Positions 1-8,248 of a stretch of 25,374 nucleotides of DNA are shown here, piece by piece. How positions within the stretch are numbered: position 1 is the stretch's first letter; the number at the start of each line of letters is the position of its first letter. The DNA comes from a virus (Duplodnaviria > Caudoviricetes): IMG/VR virus record IMGVR_UViG_3300047557_000097, positions 1 to 25,374 of that record. The stretch is one strand, 5' to 3'. The notes under the pieces are model-generated. The model was not told where the DNA came from. It searched no databases and saw only the letters and a list, made by a program, of their open reading frames with translations. The position numbers and the translations under genes are program-made.

Positions 1-551
1 TAATCAATAAAGTCGGTAACCGTTCCGCTTACTGAAATTTTATCTACGTCATATCCATCTAGTAATAAAACTCCATCAGTGCTAGACCATCGTATGCTGC
101 GGACGGCTTGAGTTGCTCTGCCATTGCTGACGGTAGGGCTGGTTGTATAGTGAGCGTTGGCTGTGTTGTTTAATAAAGTTACTTCGCCTGCTTCCCAAAC
201 ATTAACACCACGACTATCTTTAAATTGATAGGTGCCTTCTCCAGCAATAAGTGCTGGGTCATAAAAAGTAATGCCAGTCCCGTCCTGAAACGAGGACTGG
301 CTTCTTATCCACCATCCAGTTAAGGATTGTTCACCAGGTTCAGTTTGGTTATCAAACTGTTCCTTACGATAGGGAGCTGTTTGTCTTAAATAAGGACGCT
401 GGTCAGAAATAGCATAGATAAATGGCATACCACCAACTGCTACATCATAAGCAATATCAGTATTTTGCCATACAGAAGTATCAGAAACTACACCTACATC
501 TACAGCAATAGCACGGGTAGACCGACCTTCGGTAATATCACGACCAGCCAC
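1..551 (-). CDS. Tail structural protein (tail tubular B / P22 gp10-like nozzle candidate), runs off the left edge
   Basis: Not in the ORF track. Hand translation from GTG at 551 (SD GGAG 5 nt upstream) stays open to the edge: MAGRDITEGRSTRAIAVDVGVVSDTSVWQNTDIAYDVAVGGMPFIYAISDQRPYLRQTAPYRKEQFDNQTEPGEQSLTGWWIRSQSSF... Function is inferred from its position after adaptor and fibre genes. Confidence 0.6.
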   Translation of the reverse strand, partial: MAGRDITEGRSTRAIAVDVGVVSDTSVWQNTDIAYDVAVGGMPFIYAISDQRPYLRQTAPYRKEQFDNQTEPGEQSLTGWWIRSQSSFQDGTGITFYDPALIAGEGTYQFKDSRGVNVWEAGEVTLLNNTANAHYTTSPTVSNGRATQAVRSIRWSSTDGVLLLDGYDVDKISVSGTVTDFID

Positions 552-559
552 TTATTCTC

Positions 560-1294
560 CTAGCCTTGTTGTTCCTCTTTAGCCTTATTGGTTCTTTCTT
601 TAATCTCTTGCATAGCCCAATACATTGCATAGTAATCATAATCAACGCTGAATCGCTTCATATGTTTGACTAATGCACCAGTGTGGGCGTGTAGTGGAAT
701 GCCTGCCTTCTGCATTCTTCTAAAGAAAATAATATCTTCACCGATGAAATGGTCATCATTACCATCACCAGTTTCCATAAACATACCCTTACCAGGATTA
801 GCCTCACGCATTTTAGGAACTATTGACTTGTGCATTAAGACAAAACCAAAGCCAGCACAGTCAACCTTAACTACTTGGTTCTCAGGTAGCGGATGCAAGT
901 ATCTAATTTCATACTCGCTAACATTGTCAAACAAGACTGGAAATGGACGCATCAGCGTGCCTTCATTCTCTTTAGATATAAAGTAGACACCGCTAACAAC
1001 AGGACGATTAATCTTGTCTGCTGTCTGCCATAGTAACTTCATAGCCTCTAGGTTTAATACAATGTCTGAGTCAACCCAAAGTAACCAGTCAGTTTTGACA
1101 TTATCTGCCCAATGGTCAAAAAGTACTTGGCGCTGTCTGCCAATCTGATTGCCTTGGACTCTGATGCTGGTATTAATCATCATACCGTTGGCTGGTCCAG
1201 CAATGATTGCTATTGTTAGTCCTTCAGTAAACTTACCATCGGTAGTGCCATTATCGCACCAGCCAATGGCTACAGTGTCATTCTTTCCTACCAT
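560..1294 (-). CDS. GT-A fold (GT2-like) glycosyltransferase
   Basis: DWLLWVDSD (DxD-type motif), CAGFGFVLMHK and GEDIIFF (ED catalytic motif), C-terminal H-x-K. SD AGGGGA. Confidence 0.8.
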   Translation of the reverse strand: MVGKNDTVAIGWCDNGTTDGKFTEGLTIAIIAGPANGMMINTSIRVQGNQIGRQRQVLFDHWADNVKTDWLLWVDSDIVLNLEAMKLLWQTADKINRPVVSGVYFISKENEGTLMRPFPVLFDNVSEYEIRYLHPLPENQVVKVDCAGFGFVLMHKSIVPKMREANPGKGMFMETGDGNDDHFIGEDIIFFRRMQKAGIPLHAHTGALVKHMKRFSVDYDYYAMYWAMQEIKERTNKAKEEQQG

Positions 1295-1312
1295 TATTGT
1301 CCCCTAGATTAG

Positions 1313-1525
1313 TTATTCTTCTACTGGTTCTTCTAATACTTGCTCATCAACAACTATTGGTTCAGGAGAAATAAAACTATTTCCATCCCAAGCATCTCCA
1401 ACTTTAGATGTTCCATTACAAAGAACACAAGTAGAACCAGTTGCTTCTTCAGCAATTTCTAAACTATCAGCAAAAATACGATTTATAACTATATTATTGC
1501 TATTTACTACAGCATAATTTGGCAT
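1313..1525 (-). CDS. Small acidic protein, possible tail-fibre assembly chaperone
   Basis: 70 aa, starts in a TAATG overlap with the upstream stop. YAVV...VIN.I.AD and GDAWDG.SF pattern typical of small genes that follow Gly-rich fibre genes. Confidence 0.5.
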   Translation of the reverse strand: MPNYAVVNSNNIVINRIFADSLEIAEEATGSTCVLCNGTSKVGDAWDGNSFISPEPIVVDEQVLEEPVEE

Positions 1526-2214
1526 TATTTATATTCCTTTCTGTGCCAAAATTGTCTTTTATATGAATTAAAAAATAAAGTTTTAAGTTTAGCAGTAACT
1601 AAACTTTGTTCTCTACGGTCAAAATCATCTCCTATTTTGTGTTTCCATATATCTCGTTTAATAGGAATTATTTGAACCATCGGAGTTCCTGCTGGAATTA
1701 AACCTTCCCACTTCACATCATTAAGAGTAAATGGAAAATTTACTGGCGCTTTATATGTATCTGTATCTACCAGTCCAGGCAAGACTGTAAATATGCCATT
1801 TGGATTGTGCATTGGCGGTATAAACAATGTTGAGTATCCTAATGAAGTTTTAATTGCATAAGGATTGGTCCATTTAGGATATGGCGCTCCGTTCATACTA
1901 GGATAAATAGGAGCCTGTTCTATTGGATGAAAAGATATAGCATCTTGACTTGACCAATGATAATAAGGTTGACCATCTTGTTGTGTAACTTGTACATCTA
2001 CTTGAGTATAAAGAATATATCCAGCAGTTATAGCATCAAATACAGGTATACATTTTTTAATTGTATGTGGAGTATTATTATTTTGAGTAATTAATTTACC
2101 TTGGTCGCCTATATATTCGGGTGTATTTTTATACCAATCTGGAACTTCTTTTACTGCTGGCTTGGGCGGAAAAAAATCCAACCCAAGCACATTAGTAAAT
2201 GTTATTTCTTTCAT
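1525..2214 (-). CDS. DUF6065-like (dUTPase-like beta fold) hypothetical protein
   Basis: 229 aa. Motifs KKCIP..DA..GY, W.NPY.IKT..GYS.LF.PP, LPGLVDTD, IPAGTP.VQIIP.KR resemble the DUF6065-type pattern as I recall it. SD AGGGGA. Confidence 0.5.
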   Translation of the reverse strand: MKEITFTNVLGLDFFPPKPAVKEVPDWYKNTPEYIGDQGKLITQNNNTPHTIKKCIPVFDAITAGYILYTQVDVQVTQQDGQPYYHWSSQDAISFHPIEQAPIYPSMNGAPYPKWTNPYAIKTSLGYSTLFIPPMHNPNGIFTVLPGLVDTDTYKAPVNFPFTLNDVKWEGLIPAGTPMVQIIPIKRDIWKHKIGDDFDRREQSLVTAKLKTLFFNSYKRQFWHRKEYK

Positions 2215-2231
2215 TTTATCCCCTTTTGTTT

Positions 2232-3170
2232 TTAGTAATAAATTAAAACAACACCAGCGCCGCCGCTGCCGCCAGAAATATTACTATTATTTGTATTAAC
2301 AGCCCCGCCACCACCGCCACCAGTACCACCAACACCGCCAGTATTATCGTTTCTAGATGCATTACCACCAGCGCCTGCTGCGCCAGCGCCACCACCAGCC
2401 CTTGATTGGTCATTATTGCCAGTTGACCAATCACTATTGCCACCATTATAAGAAGCAGTTGCACCACCATTACCTGCTCTTTGATTATTACCAGTACCAC
2501 TTGTGCCAGCACCACCACCACCAGCAGTTATTCCACTTCCACCACCCATTTGCCCATTTACGTTATTTAATAATCCACCAGCACCGCCACCGCCTGAATA
2601 TGTTCCAGCAGCACCACCTGTGCCGACAGTTCCAGAAGTAGCACCAGTTCCTGCACTTCCTGCAGTTGGTGTAGGTCTTGTGTAAAGTGTGCTTATAGAA
2701 CCAGTATAAACAAATGCTGAAAGAGTATCTGCGTTTCTTAAAGTTGTTGTATTACCACCAGCACCGCCAGCATTGCCAGCACCGCCAGCACCACCATTGC
2801 CTTGATAGGTGATACCATCATAAACTATAGTAGTAGCACCGCCTGTGCCTCCAGGAACAGAGTTATAAATTCCACCATTACCACCTGAACCAATTGTAAT
2901 ATTAAATGTAAATGGAGATGTATTAACTGGTATTTGAGCAAAATAAACACCACCACCTCCACCACCTCCACCACCTACGTTAGTAATACTTTGATTTCCA
3001 TAAGCCCCACCACCGCCACCACCAACAATAAGTGCCTCAATATAAGGTACTGATGCATTAATAGTGTAATTAGCAGAAGTAGATGTAACGGTATGTCTTA
3101 ATTTTGGTATATAGTAAGCATTTGCATTTGAAGGTAAACCACTAGTATTTGCTGTTTTATTTATAGCCAT
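2232..3170 (-). CDS. Glycine-rich tail fibre / receptor-binding protein
   Basis: 312 aa with IVGGGGGG, many GGxGG repeats and a terminal GGSGGAGVVLIYY, characteristic of phage glycine-rich fibre domains. Confidence 0.7.
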   Translation of the reverse strand: MAINKTANTSGLPSNANAYYIPKLRHTVTSTSANYTINASVPYIEALIVGGGGGGAYGNQSITNVGGGGGGGGGVYFAQIPVNTSPFTFNITIGSGGNGGIYNSVPGGTGGATTIVYDGITYQGNGGAGGAGNAGGAGGNTTTLRNADTLSAFVYTGSISTLYTRPTPTAGSAGTGATSGTVGTGGAAGTYSGGGGAGGLLNNVNGQMGGGSGITAGGGGAGTSGTGNNQRAGNGGATASYNGGNSDWSTGNNDQSRAGGGAGAAGAGGNASRNDNTGGVGGTGGGGGGAVNTNNSNISGGSGGAGVVLIYY

Positions 3171-3181
3171 TTATTTATCCT

Positions 3182-3502
3182 TTAGTTTTCTGAGCCAAAA
3201 GCGTTAAAAGAAGAAGTTCCATTATTGCTATACACAGTAATTACATCTGATGCATCTATTGTAATTCCTATAGTGTATGCAATAGATGAATTTCCTGGTA
3301 TAATTTCATTATATGCAATGTAGTGTTGTGTTGCTAAAGTATCTCCATTTGGTCTAATTGCTATGCGTATTGAATCACCTGCAGTAGACTGATTGCATAC
3401 ATTAATTGTTGATACCACAGACTCTTTGGCAGAAGGAACCGTGTAAAGGGTCGTTGCCGTAGCAGCAGTGGGATATGATTGTCCTAGTACTTTATATGCC
3501 AT
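3182..3502 (-). CDS. Small beta-rich tail-fibre-associated structural protein
   Basis: 106 aa (MAYKVLGQSYPTAATATTLYTVPS...SFNAFGSEN), lying between two fibre genes with short spacers. Confidence 0.55.
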   Translation of the reverse strand: MAYKVLGQSYPTAATATTLYTVPSAKESVVSTINVCNQSTAGDSIRIAIRPNGDTLATQHYIAYNEIIPGNSSIAYTIGITIDASDVITVYSNNGTSSFNAFGSEN

Positions 3503-3505
3503 TTC

Positions 3506-5677
3506 CTATGCTCCCATCAGCATAAATATTTGAGGATTAGAATCAGCAGAAACAGTTGCTGTAGATGCACTGGTAATTCTACCATATGCGTCAACTGTTA
3601 TAGTTGCTGGACTATAAGTGGCTGCGGTCACGCCCGAAGTCACTAAGTCTACCGTCGGAGCAGATGTTGTTCCGCCAATAGAAATTCTTGTTGTATCACC
3701 TGATGTAACTGATGTTACTGGGCTTGTTCCATTAGATGCTGCCGTTAATCTACCTTGAGCATCTACAGTCAAACTAGTATATGTATAGGAACCAGCAGTT
3801 ACTGCTGTATCAGCCAAGTTAAGAGTCACATCGCCAGATGTTCCTCCGCCAGATAAACCAGTACCAGCAGTTACTCCAGTAATGTCGCCTGGATTAGGTG
3901 CAATCCATTTTAATCCTGTTGACTCAGCACTATCAGCGCTAAGAATCCAACCGTTGGTTGAGGCTACAGTTAAAGCAGTAGGTGTAGAAGCAGATGTTGC
4001 TGAAACAATTACACCTTTAGCGGACCAAGTAGATTTATCTACGAAGTTAGATGTATCAGGTGCTACTACTTGCCAAGCGCTTCCTGTATAAGCCTTCATA
4101 CCTGGAAGGGCTGTGTTGTAATACAAAGTACCAGCAACTAATGGATTGCCGTCATTATCTACGGTTGGGTCAGATGACTTAGGTCCTAGATATTCATCAT
4201 CAAAGGCATCAAAAGATGCTGCTGCGCTAGCAGCGCTTGTCGCTGCAGAATTAGCAGAAGTCAATGCACTAGAGGCGCTAGTTGATGCAGATGAAGCAGA
4301 TGTCGCTGCGCTAGTAGCACTAGTCAAAGCAGATGAAGCCGAAGTGCTAGCACTAGATGCTGATGTAGCAGCATTAGTTTCAGATGTAGCAGCACTGCTT
4401 GCTGAAGTAGAAGCAGAATTGGCTGATGTCAAAGCACTTGATGCTGAAGTACTTGCTGATGAAGCAGAAGTAGCAGCAGCCGTTGCACTTGCTGCAGCAG
4501 ATGTTGCTGAAGTTGCAGCAGCAGTAGCGCTAGCAGCAGCACTAGATGCACTAGTTGCAGCCGATGTGGCTGATGTGGCAGCAGCACTTGCAGATGATGC
4601 AGATGCAGTTGCAGATGTGCTTGCCGAGTTAGCCGAGGTTAGTGCTGAGGATGCGCTAGTAGAAGCAGACGAGGCTGAGGTAGCAGCCGAAGTTGCTGAT
4701 GTTAGAGCCGATGAAGCAGATGTACTAGCAGAAGATGCTGAGGTAGATGCTGCGCTGGCAGAAGTCGCTGCAGAGGATGCAGAGGTGCTTGCTGCTGTGG
4801 CTGAGGTTGCTGCACTGTTGGCGCTAGTAAGGGCGCTAGAAGCGCTTGTAGAGGCGCTAGAGGCACTTGTAGCGGCACTGCTAGCACTTGTAGCAGCAGA
4901 TGCTGCTGAGGTGGCTGCAGCCGTTGCAGAGCCCAGAATGCTATCTACATAATTCTTAGGGGTAGCAGAAGTATCAGACATACCTGCTGAGGATAGACCA
5001 GTTATGACTGGGCTACCGCCAATGATAGGGCTAGTTAAAGTCTTGTTGGTTAGAGTCTGAGTTGCGTCATTAATAGTAACAGTACCTGAGGTATTTGGAA
5101 TTGTTACTGTATTATCTTGAGTAGGGTCAACTACTGTAAGGGTAGTCTCATAAGCGTCAGCAGTTGTACCTTCAAATACTAATACAGCACCAGCAGAAGC
5201 GGTACCTGTAATTGTTGGGTCAGAGATTGTTGGAGAAGTAAGAGTCTTGTTAGTAAGTGTCTGTGTCTTGGCTGTACCTACTACATCACCCTCACCAGTA
5301 GCAATACCGTGAAGTGTATGGTTATTACCACCACCATCTGTATAAGCAGCCGTTGCTTCAGCGTGACGATTGGCATCTCTGTAATCCCGTCCGATTGCCA
5401 TATGCCGAACAACTGCACCTGCTGAATGGTCTTGAGCGGTAGAACCATCAATTGCCCTTGTTATGGTAAAGGTATTAGTAGATACCGCCGTAGCATCTAC
5501 AATTTCTTCAATAGCAGTATCAACATCAATTACTAAAGTAAAGGTAGTACCAGCAGTAATGCTGACACCGCCAAGTAATTGCGTACCTGAAACCACTGTC
5601 ATAGATGTGGCTCCAGATGTAATAGCACCTGTTAATGTGCTTTGTTGGGAGCGAGATGAGTATTGCCGTGTTGTCAT
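3506..5677 (-). CDS. Long tail fibre with Ala/Ser/Thr heptad stalk
   Basis: 723 aa: N-terminal ITRAIDG..AQDH.AGA.V attachment-type domain, two TQTLTNKTLTSP motifs, ~240-aa A/S/T heptad tract (lambda Stf-like), two TVDAxGRxTxAS repeats at the C-terminus. Confidence 0.8.
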   Translation of the reverse strand: MTTRQYSSRSQQSTLTGAITSGATSMTVVSGTQLLGGVSITAGTTFTLVIDVDTAIEEIVDATAVSTNTFTITRAIDGSTAQDHSAGAVVRHMAIGRDYRDANRHAEATAAYTDGGGNNHTLHGIATGEGDVVGTAKTQTLTNKTLTSPTISDPTITGTASAGAVLVFEGTTADAYETTLTVVDPTQDNTVTIPNTSGTVTINDATQTLTNKTLTSPIIGGSPVITGLSSAGMSDTSATPKNYVDSILGSATAAATSAASAATSASSAATSASSASTSASSALTSANSAATSATAASTSASSAATSASAASTSASSASTSASSALTSATSAATSASSASTSASSALTSANSASTSATASASSASAAATSATSAATSASSAAASATAAATSATSAAASATAAATSASSASTSASSALTSANSASTSASSAATSETNAATSASSASTSASSALTSATSAATSASSASTSASSALTSANSAATSAASAAASFDAFDDEYLGPKSSDPTVDNDGNPLVAGTLYYNTALPGMKAYTGSAWQVVAPDTSNFVDKSTWSAKGVIVSATSASTPTALTVASTNGWILSADSAESTGLKWIAPNPGDITGVTAGTGLSGGGTSGDVTLNLADTAVTAGSYTYTSLTVDAQGRLTAASNGTSPVTSVTSGDTTRISIGGTTSAPTVDLVTSGVTAATYSPATITVDAYGRITSASTATVSADSNPQIFMLMGA
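4213..4930 (-). repeat. Coding low-complexity repeat (7-aa / 21-nt period)
   Basis: Heptads such as SASSAST and SATAAAT; six copies of SSALTSA; DNA copies differ at synonymous positions. Confidence 0.9.
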
Positions 5678-5685
5678 TTAGGTTC

Positions 5686-6609
5686 CTATCGGGCGCTGTA
5701 GTGAACTCGTGGTGGATATTGTGCTTGTTGTTTAGAGCGTTCTTCATTAAGACGCTGGGTATATAAACCAAATAGTTGTCGCACTGCAGTATTGCTTGCA
5801 CCAAATGGGCGCTTAGCATCAATCTCATCAGCCTGCGGACTGTACTGAGCAGCACGGGCTGGGTCTAGATATTGTAGTAATCTGTATGCAGCACCAAGAA
5901 CTACTACATCTTTACAAGATTCTGGCAAACCTGTCTGTGTAGTAAAGTCTTCTGAGTTAGCAGTAAAGATACTTGGTTCAGTTGTATACATAACCTTGAC
6001 AGTTCTACCTGCAATAATTACATCACCGATTGTTATAGTCTGACTACCGCTGCCCCAAGTAGTTACATCTGCAAATGGGTCAAAGTCCCAACGCTTAACA
6101 CGTATCCATTCTTTAGTAGGACCTATGTCTTGCCAAGATACAGACAAGATGTTTTCAATATTTAAATTTTCAAATTCATATGTTGTTACTGCGGCATTGT
6201 ATGTAAATGTAGTTTGTTTAACGGAAAAGACAGCACTACCAATAGCCTGAATAGTGTCATTAACAGCCTTCTTAATACTATATCTAGGAAAGATTGGGCT
6301 AACAGTTACCTTTGTATCTACAGCGTGGGTACTAGCAGTGGTACCTAAATAGCCACGACCATAAGGAGCAACTGTTGCAGTATTAGCAACACGGTCTACA
6401 CTATCTACCCATAACAATTCCTCATCAATTTCTACTACGCCTTTGCCTAAATCTTGAGTAGAACCAAGACTTAGTGTTAATGGTGAGGAACTAGGAGAAG
6501 TTGTTGTGGTCACTGCAGAAACCAAATAAGTAGAACGGTCTTGCTGATAGGTGTATCCAGATAAATTAATCTGAACTTCATCCATTATCTGCGACAAGGT
6601 ATATGTCAT
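5686..6609 (-). CDS. Head-tail adaptor / tail tubular protein A-like
   Basis: 307 aa. C-terminal TGLPESCKDVVVLGAAYRLL resembles adaptor proteins; RGY.GT.A..H motif is related to the fibre N-terminus. Sits between capsid and fibre genes. Confidence 0.55.
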   Translation of the reverse strand: MTYTLSQIMDEVQINLSGYTYQQDRSTYLVSAVTTTTSPSSSPLTLSLGSTQDLGKGVVEIDEELLWVDSVDRVANTATVAPYGRGYLGTTASTHAVDTKVTVSPIFPRYSIKKAVNDTIQAIGSAVFSVKQTTFTYNAAVTTYEFENLNIENILSVSWQDIGPTKEWIRVKRWDFDPFADVTTWGSGSQTITIGDVIIAGRTVKVMYTTEPSIFTANSEDFTTQTGLPESCKDVVVLGAAYRLLQYLDPARAAQYSPQADEIDAKRPFGASNTAVRQLFGLYTQRLNEERSKQQAQYPPRVHYSAR

Positions 6610-6881
6610 AAGTTAATGCTCCTTAGAGCGTCAGTAGGTGATAGGTCTGTAGTGCCAGCAAGTTCATTACAAATACCACCTAGTGCTTTGTAATCATCTG
6701 GTTGACGGTTAGCATCTGCTGCTTTATTAAGCGCTGCTATAAGTGCTAGTCCTGTAGTACCTGCATAATCATTGGCAGCAGCAGTTGGTGCTTGATATGC
6801 AGTAATTGCTGGATATGTCCCGCCATTAGCCAAGCGATTTAGTTCGCTAGTAAAAGAACTACCTGCTGTACCTGTAGCCAT
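6606..6881 (-). CDS. Hypothetical (probable virion) protein
   Basis: 91 aa, coupled by overlaps on both sides (TAATG and ATGA). Confidence 0.6.
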   Translation of the reverse strand: MATGTAGSSFTSELNRLANGGTYPAITAYQAPTAAANDYAGTTGLALIAALNKAADANRQPDDYKALGGICNELAGTTDLSPTDALRSINL

Positions 6882-7117
6882 TATCTGTACCTTGCCGTTT
6901 TCTTTGCTATAGATTTTGGTTGTTTGACAAACTGTTTACCTTTTTTATTACCTTCAGCCTTAGCCTTATTAGTAGCAGCCTTTTCTGCTGCACTTAAATT
7001 AGCCCAGGCTTTCTTAGGTAAATATCTTTTTTTACCTTTAGATGGTTTACCATCAGAAGTTGTCCACTTCTGTTTAGTCCAATCCTTTAAAGACTTCTGA
7101 GATTTAGCCAGTGCCAT
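6881..7117 (-). CDS. Basic protein, C-terminal half of a DUF5872-like family
   Basis: QKSLKDWTKQKWTT...RYLPKKAW..LS..EK.ATN..K motif; Lys-rich. Confidence 0.6.
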   Translation of the reverse strand: MALAKSQKSLKDWTKQKWTTSDGKPSKGKKRYLPKKAWANLSAAEKAATNKAKAEGNKKGKQFVKQPKSIAKKTARYR

Positions 7118-7317
7118 TACTTGTAGCCACCGCCTCGCTTTTTATATTCAACAGCAAGTAGTTGAGCCTTACGGGCTGACCATTCTCCTGGGTCTCCACC
7201 TTTAGAACCTGCTTTAATCTTTTCAAATAATGCTTTACGCATACCAGGCTTAGTGTAATTACCAGCCTCATTTACTTTAGATTTAGTTTTAGGCTTAGAT
7301 TTTTTTTTCTTTACCAT
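7117..7317 (-). CDS. Basic protein, N-terminal half of a DUF5872-like family
   Basis: YTKPGMRK...KGGDPGEWSARKAQLLAVEYKKRGGGY motif. Confidence 0.6.
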   Translation of the reverse strand: MVKKKKSKPKTKSKVNEAGNYTKPGMRKALFEKIKAGSKGGDPGEWSARKAQLLAVEYKKRGGGYK

Positions 7318-7598
7318 TTTACTTTATCTGCCCAGTATGCTGCAGACATTTTACCTTTGGCTATATTTTTACTATGTCTAGCCTTAAAAGATTCTCTGCG
7401 CTTACGATATAAAGCAGACTCTCCTTGTTTTTTAGGACTACCAGATACGCCTTGTTGTCCAAAACGAATAGTCTTAACTTGACTACCTTCTTTAGCCACA
7501 ACAACGTGTGATTTAGTAGGATGATTAGGAGTGCGTTTAGGTTTATTAAATCCAGACACGCCCGCTCTAGCGAGTCTTGGGTCTTTCTTGTTTGCCAT
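7311..7598 (-). CDS. Basic protein, DUF6321-like
   Basis: NKPKRTP.HP.KSHVV...KTIRFGQQG...RR.SFKARH...SAAYWA.KVKW. Start moved to ATG 7598 (MANKKDPR) behind GGGGA; ATG 7607 remains possible. Confidence 0.6.
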   Translation of the reverse strand: MANKKDPRLARAGVSGFNKPKRTPNHPTKSHVVVAKEGSQVKTIRFGQQGVSGSPKKQGESALYRKRRESFKARHSKNIAKGKMSAAYWADKVKW

Positions 7599-7719
7599 AT
7601 TCCCCATACTTTCCTAGAACTTCTTTTACAGTTCCATCTTTACGAAGTCTTACAACTAGTCCGTTTTTAATTTGTGTGTTATTAAAACCATCGTGTCTTT
7701 TAAGTTGACCTGATGACAT
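7567..7719 (-). CDS. Small basic hypothetical protein (50 aa)
   Basis: Not in the ORF track. Hand translation MSSGQLKRHDGFNNTQIKNGLVVRLRKDGTVKEVLGKYGEYGKQERPKTR; ATG overlaps the upstream TAA (TAATG). Confidence 0.7.
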   Translation of the reverse strand: MSSGQLKRHDGFNNTQIKNGLVVRLRKDGTVKEVLGKYGEYGKQERPKTR

Positions 7720-7898
7720 TATTTTTTCTTTGCTTTACCTTTAACCTTTTTCAGGTTAGGATTTTTTTTCTTTGCAGCAGCAGAGGCTTTACGTGCACCA
7801 CTGGCTAGAATTGCACCAGCAGATTCCATACTAATACCTTGCTTTTTAGCAATAGACTTCTGGGCTGCTTTAAAACCCATACCTTTTTTAGCCTTCAT
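7719..7898 (-). CDS. Small Lys/Ala-rich protein (59 aa)
   Basis: Not in the ORF track. MKAKKGMGFKAAQKSIAKKQGISMESAGAILASGARKASAAAKKKNPNLKKVKGKAKKK (18 Lys); ATGA overlap with the upstream stop. Confidence 0.75.
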   Translation of the reverse strand: MKAKKGMGFKAAQKSIAKKQGISMESAGAILASGARKASAAAKKKNPNLKKVKGKAKKK

Positions 7899-8074
7899 TT
7901 TTGACGACCTTTTTGGTCATAACGGCGTCCTTGTAGAACAGCACCCCAAAATTGTCCAGCCTCAGAATCTGTTCTGCCACGTTCATTCCATTCAGCATAT
8001 TCTTTGGCTGCATTTTCAATATAGCGAGCAATAGTTGATTTGCTTTCGCCTATACGAGTTTTGCCAGGCTTCAC
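7895..8074 (-). CDS. Small hypothetical protein (59 aa)
   Basis: Not in the ORF track. GTG start in a GTGA overlap: MKPGKTRIGESKSTIARYIENAAKEYAEWNERGRTDSEAGQFWGAVLQGRRYDQKGRQK; exactly fills the gap between its neighbours. Confidence 0.7.
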   Translation of the reverse strand: MKPGKTRIGESKSTIARYIENAAKEYAEWNERGRTDSEAGQFWGAVLQGRRYDQKGRQK

Positions 8075-8247
8075 TTCTTTTTGCCCATTTTCTTCATAGA
8101 CTTCTTAGGGGCTGATTTCTTCATACCCTTTTTCATTTCCATTCTTTTTTCAGCCTTAGATTCCATCTTTTCGCCCATTGCATAAGCCTTTGCTGCTTTC
8201 TTTCCTTTGGCTGTATATGGGAATTTCTTTCCGTTTACCATTGGCAT
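8071..8247 (-). CDS. Small Lys/Met-rich protein (58 aa)
   Basis: Not in the ORF track. MPMVNGKKFPYTAKGKKAAKAYAMGEKMESKAEKRMEMKKGMKKSAPKKSMKKMGKKK (20 Lys, 9 Met); SD AGGAG upstream. Confidence 0.75.
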   Translation of the reverse strand: MPMVNGKKFPYTAKGKKAAKAYAMGEKMESKAEKRMEMKKGMKKSAPKKSMKKMGKKK

Positions 8248-8248
8248 T

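Noticed and set aside
4146-4952. 268-aa plus-strand Ala/Asp/Glu/Val-rich ORF
   Set aside because: Antisense shadow of the A/S/T heptad tract; no SD and opposite to the operon.
2232-5677. Diversity-generating retroelement target or CRISPR-like array
   Set aside because: No reverse transcriptase, no template/variable repeat pair differing at adenines, and no constant repeat-spacer pattern; the repeats are coding low-complexity tracts.
7300-7308. T9 homopolymer as a phase-variation or frameshift site
   Set aside because: Explained by consecutive Lys codons in a Lys-rich gene whose frame is intact.
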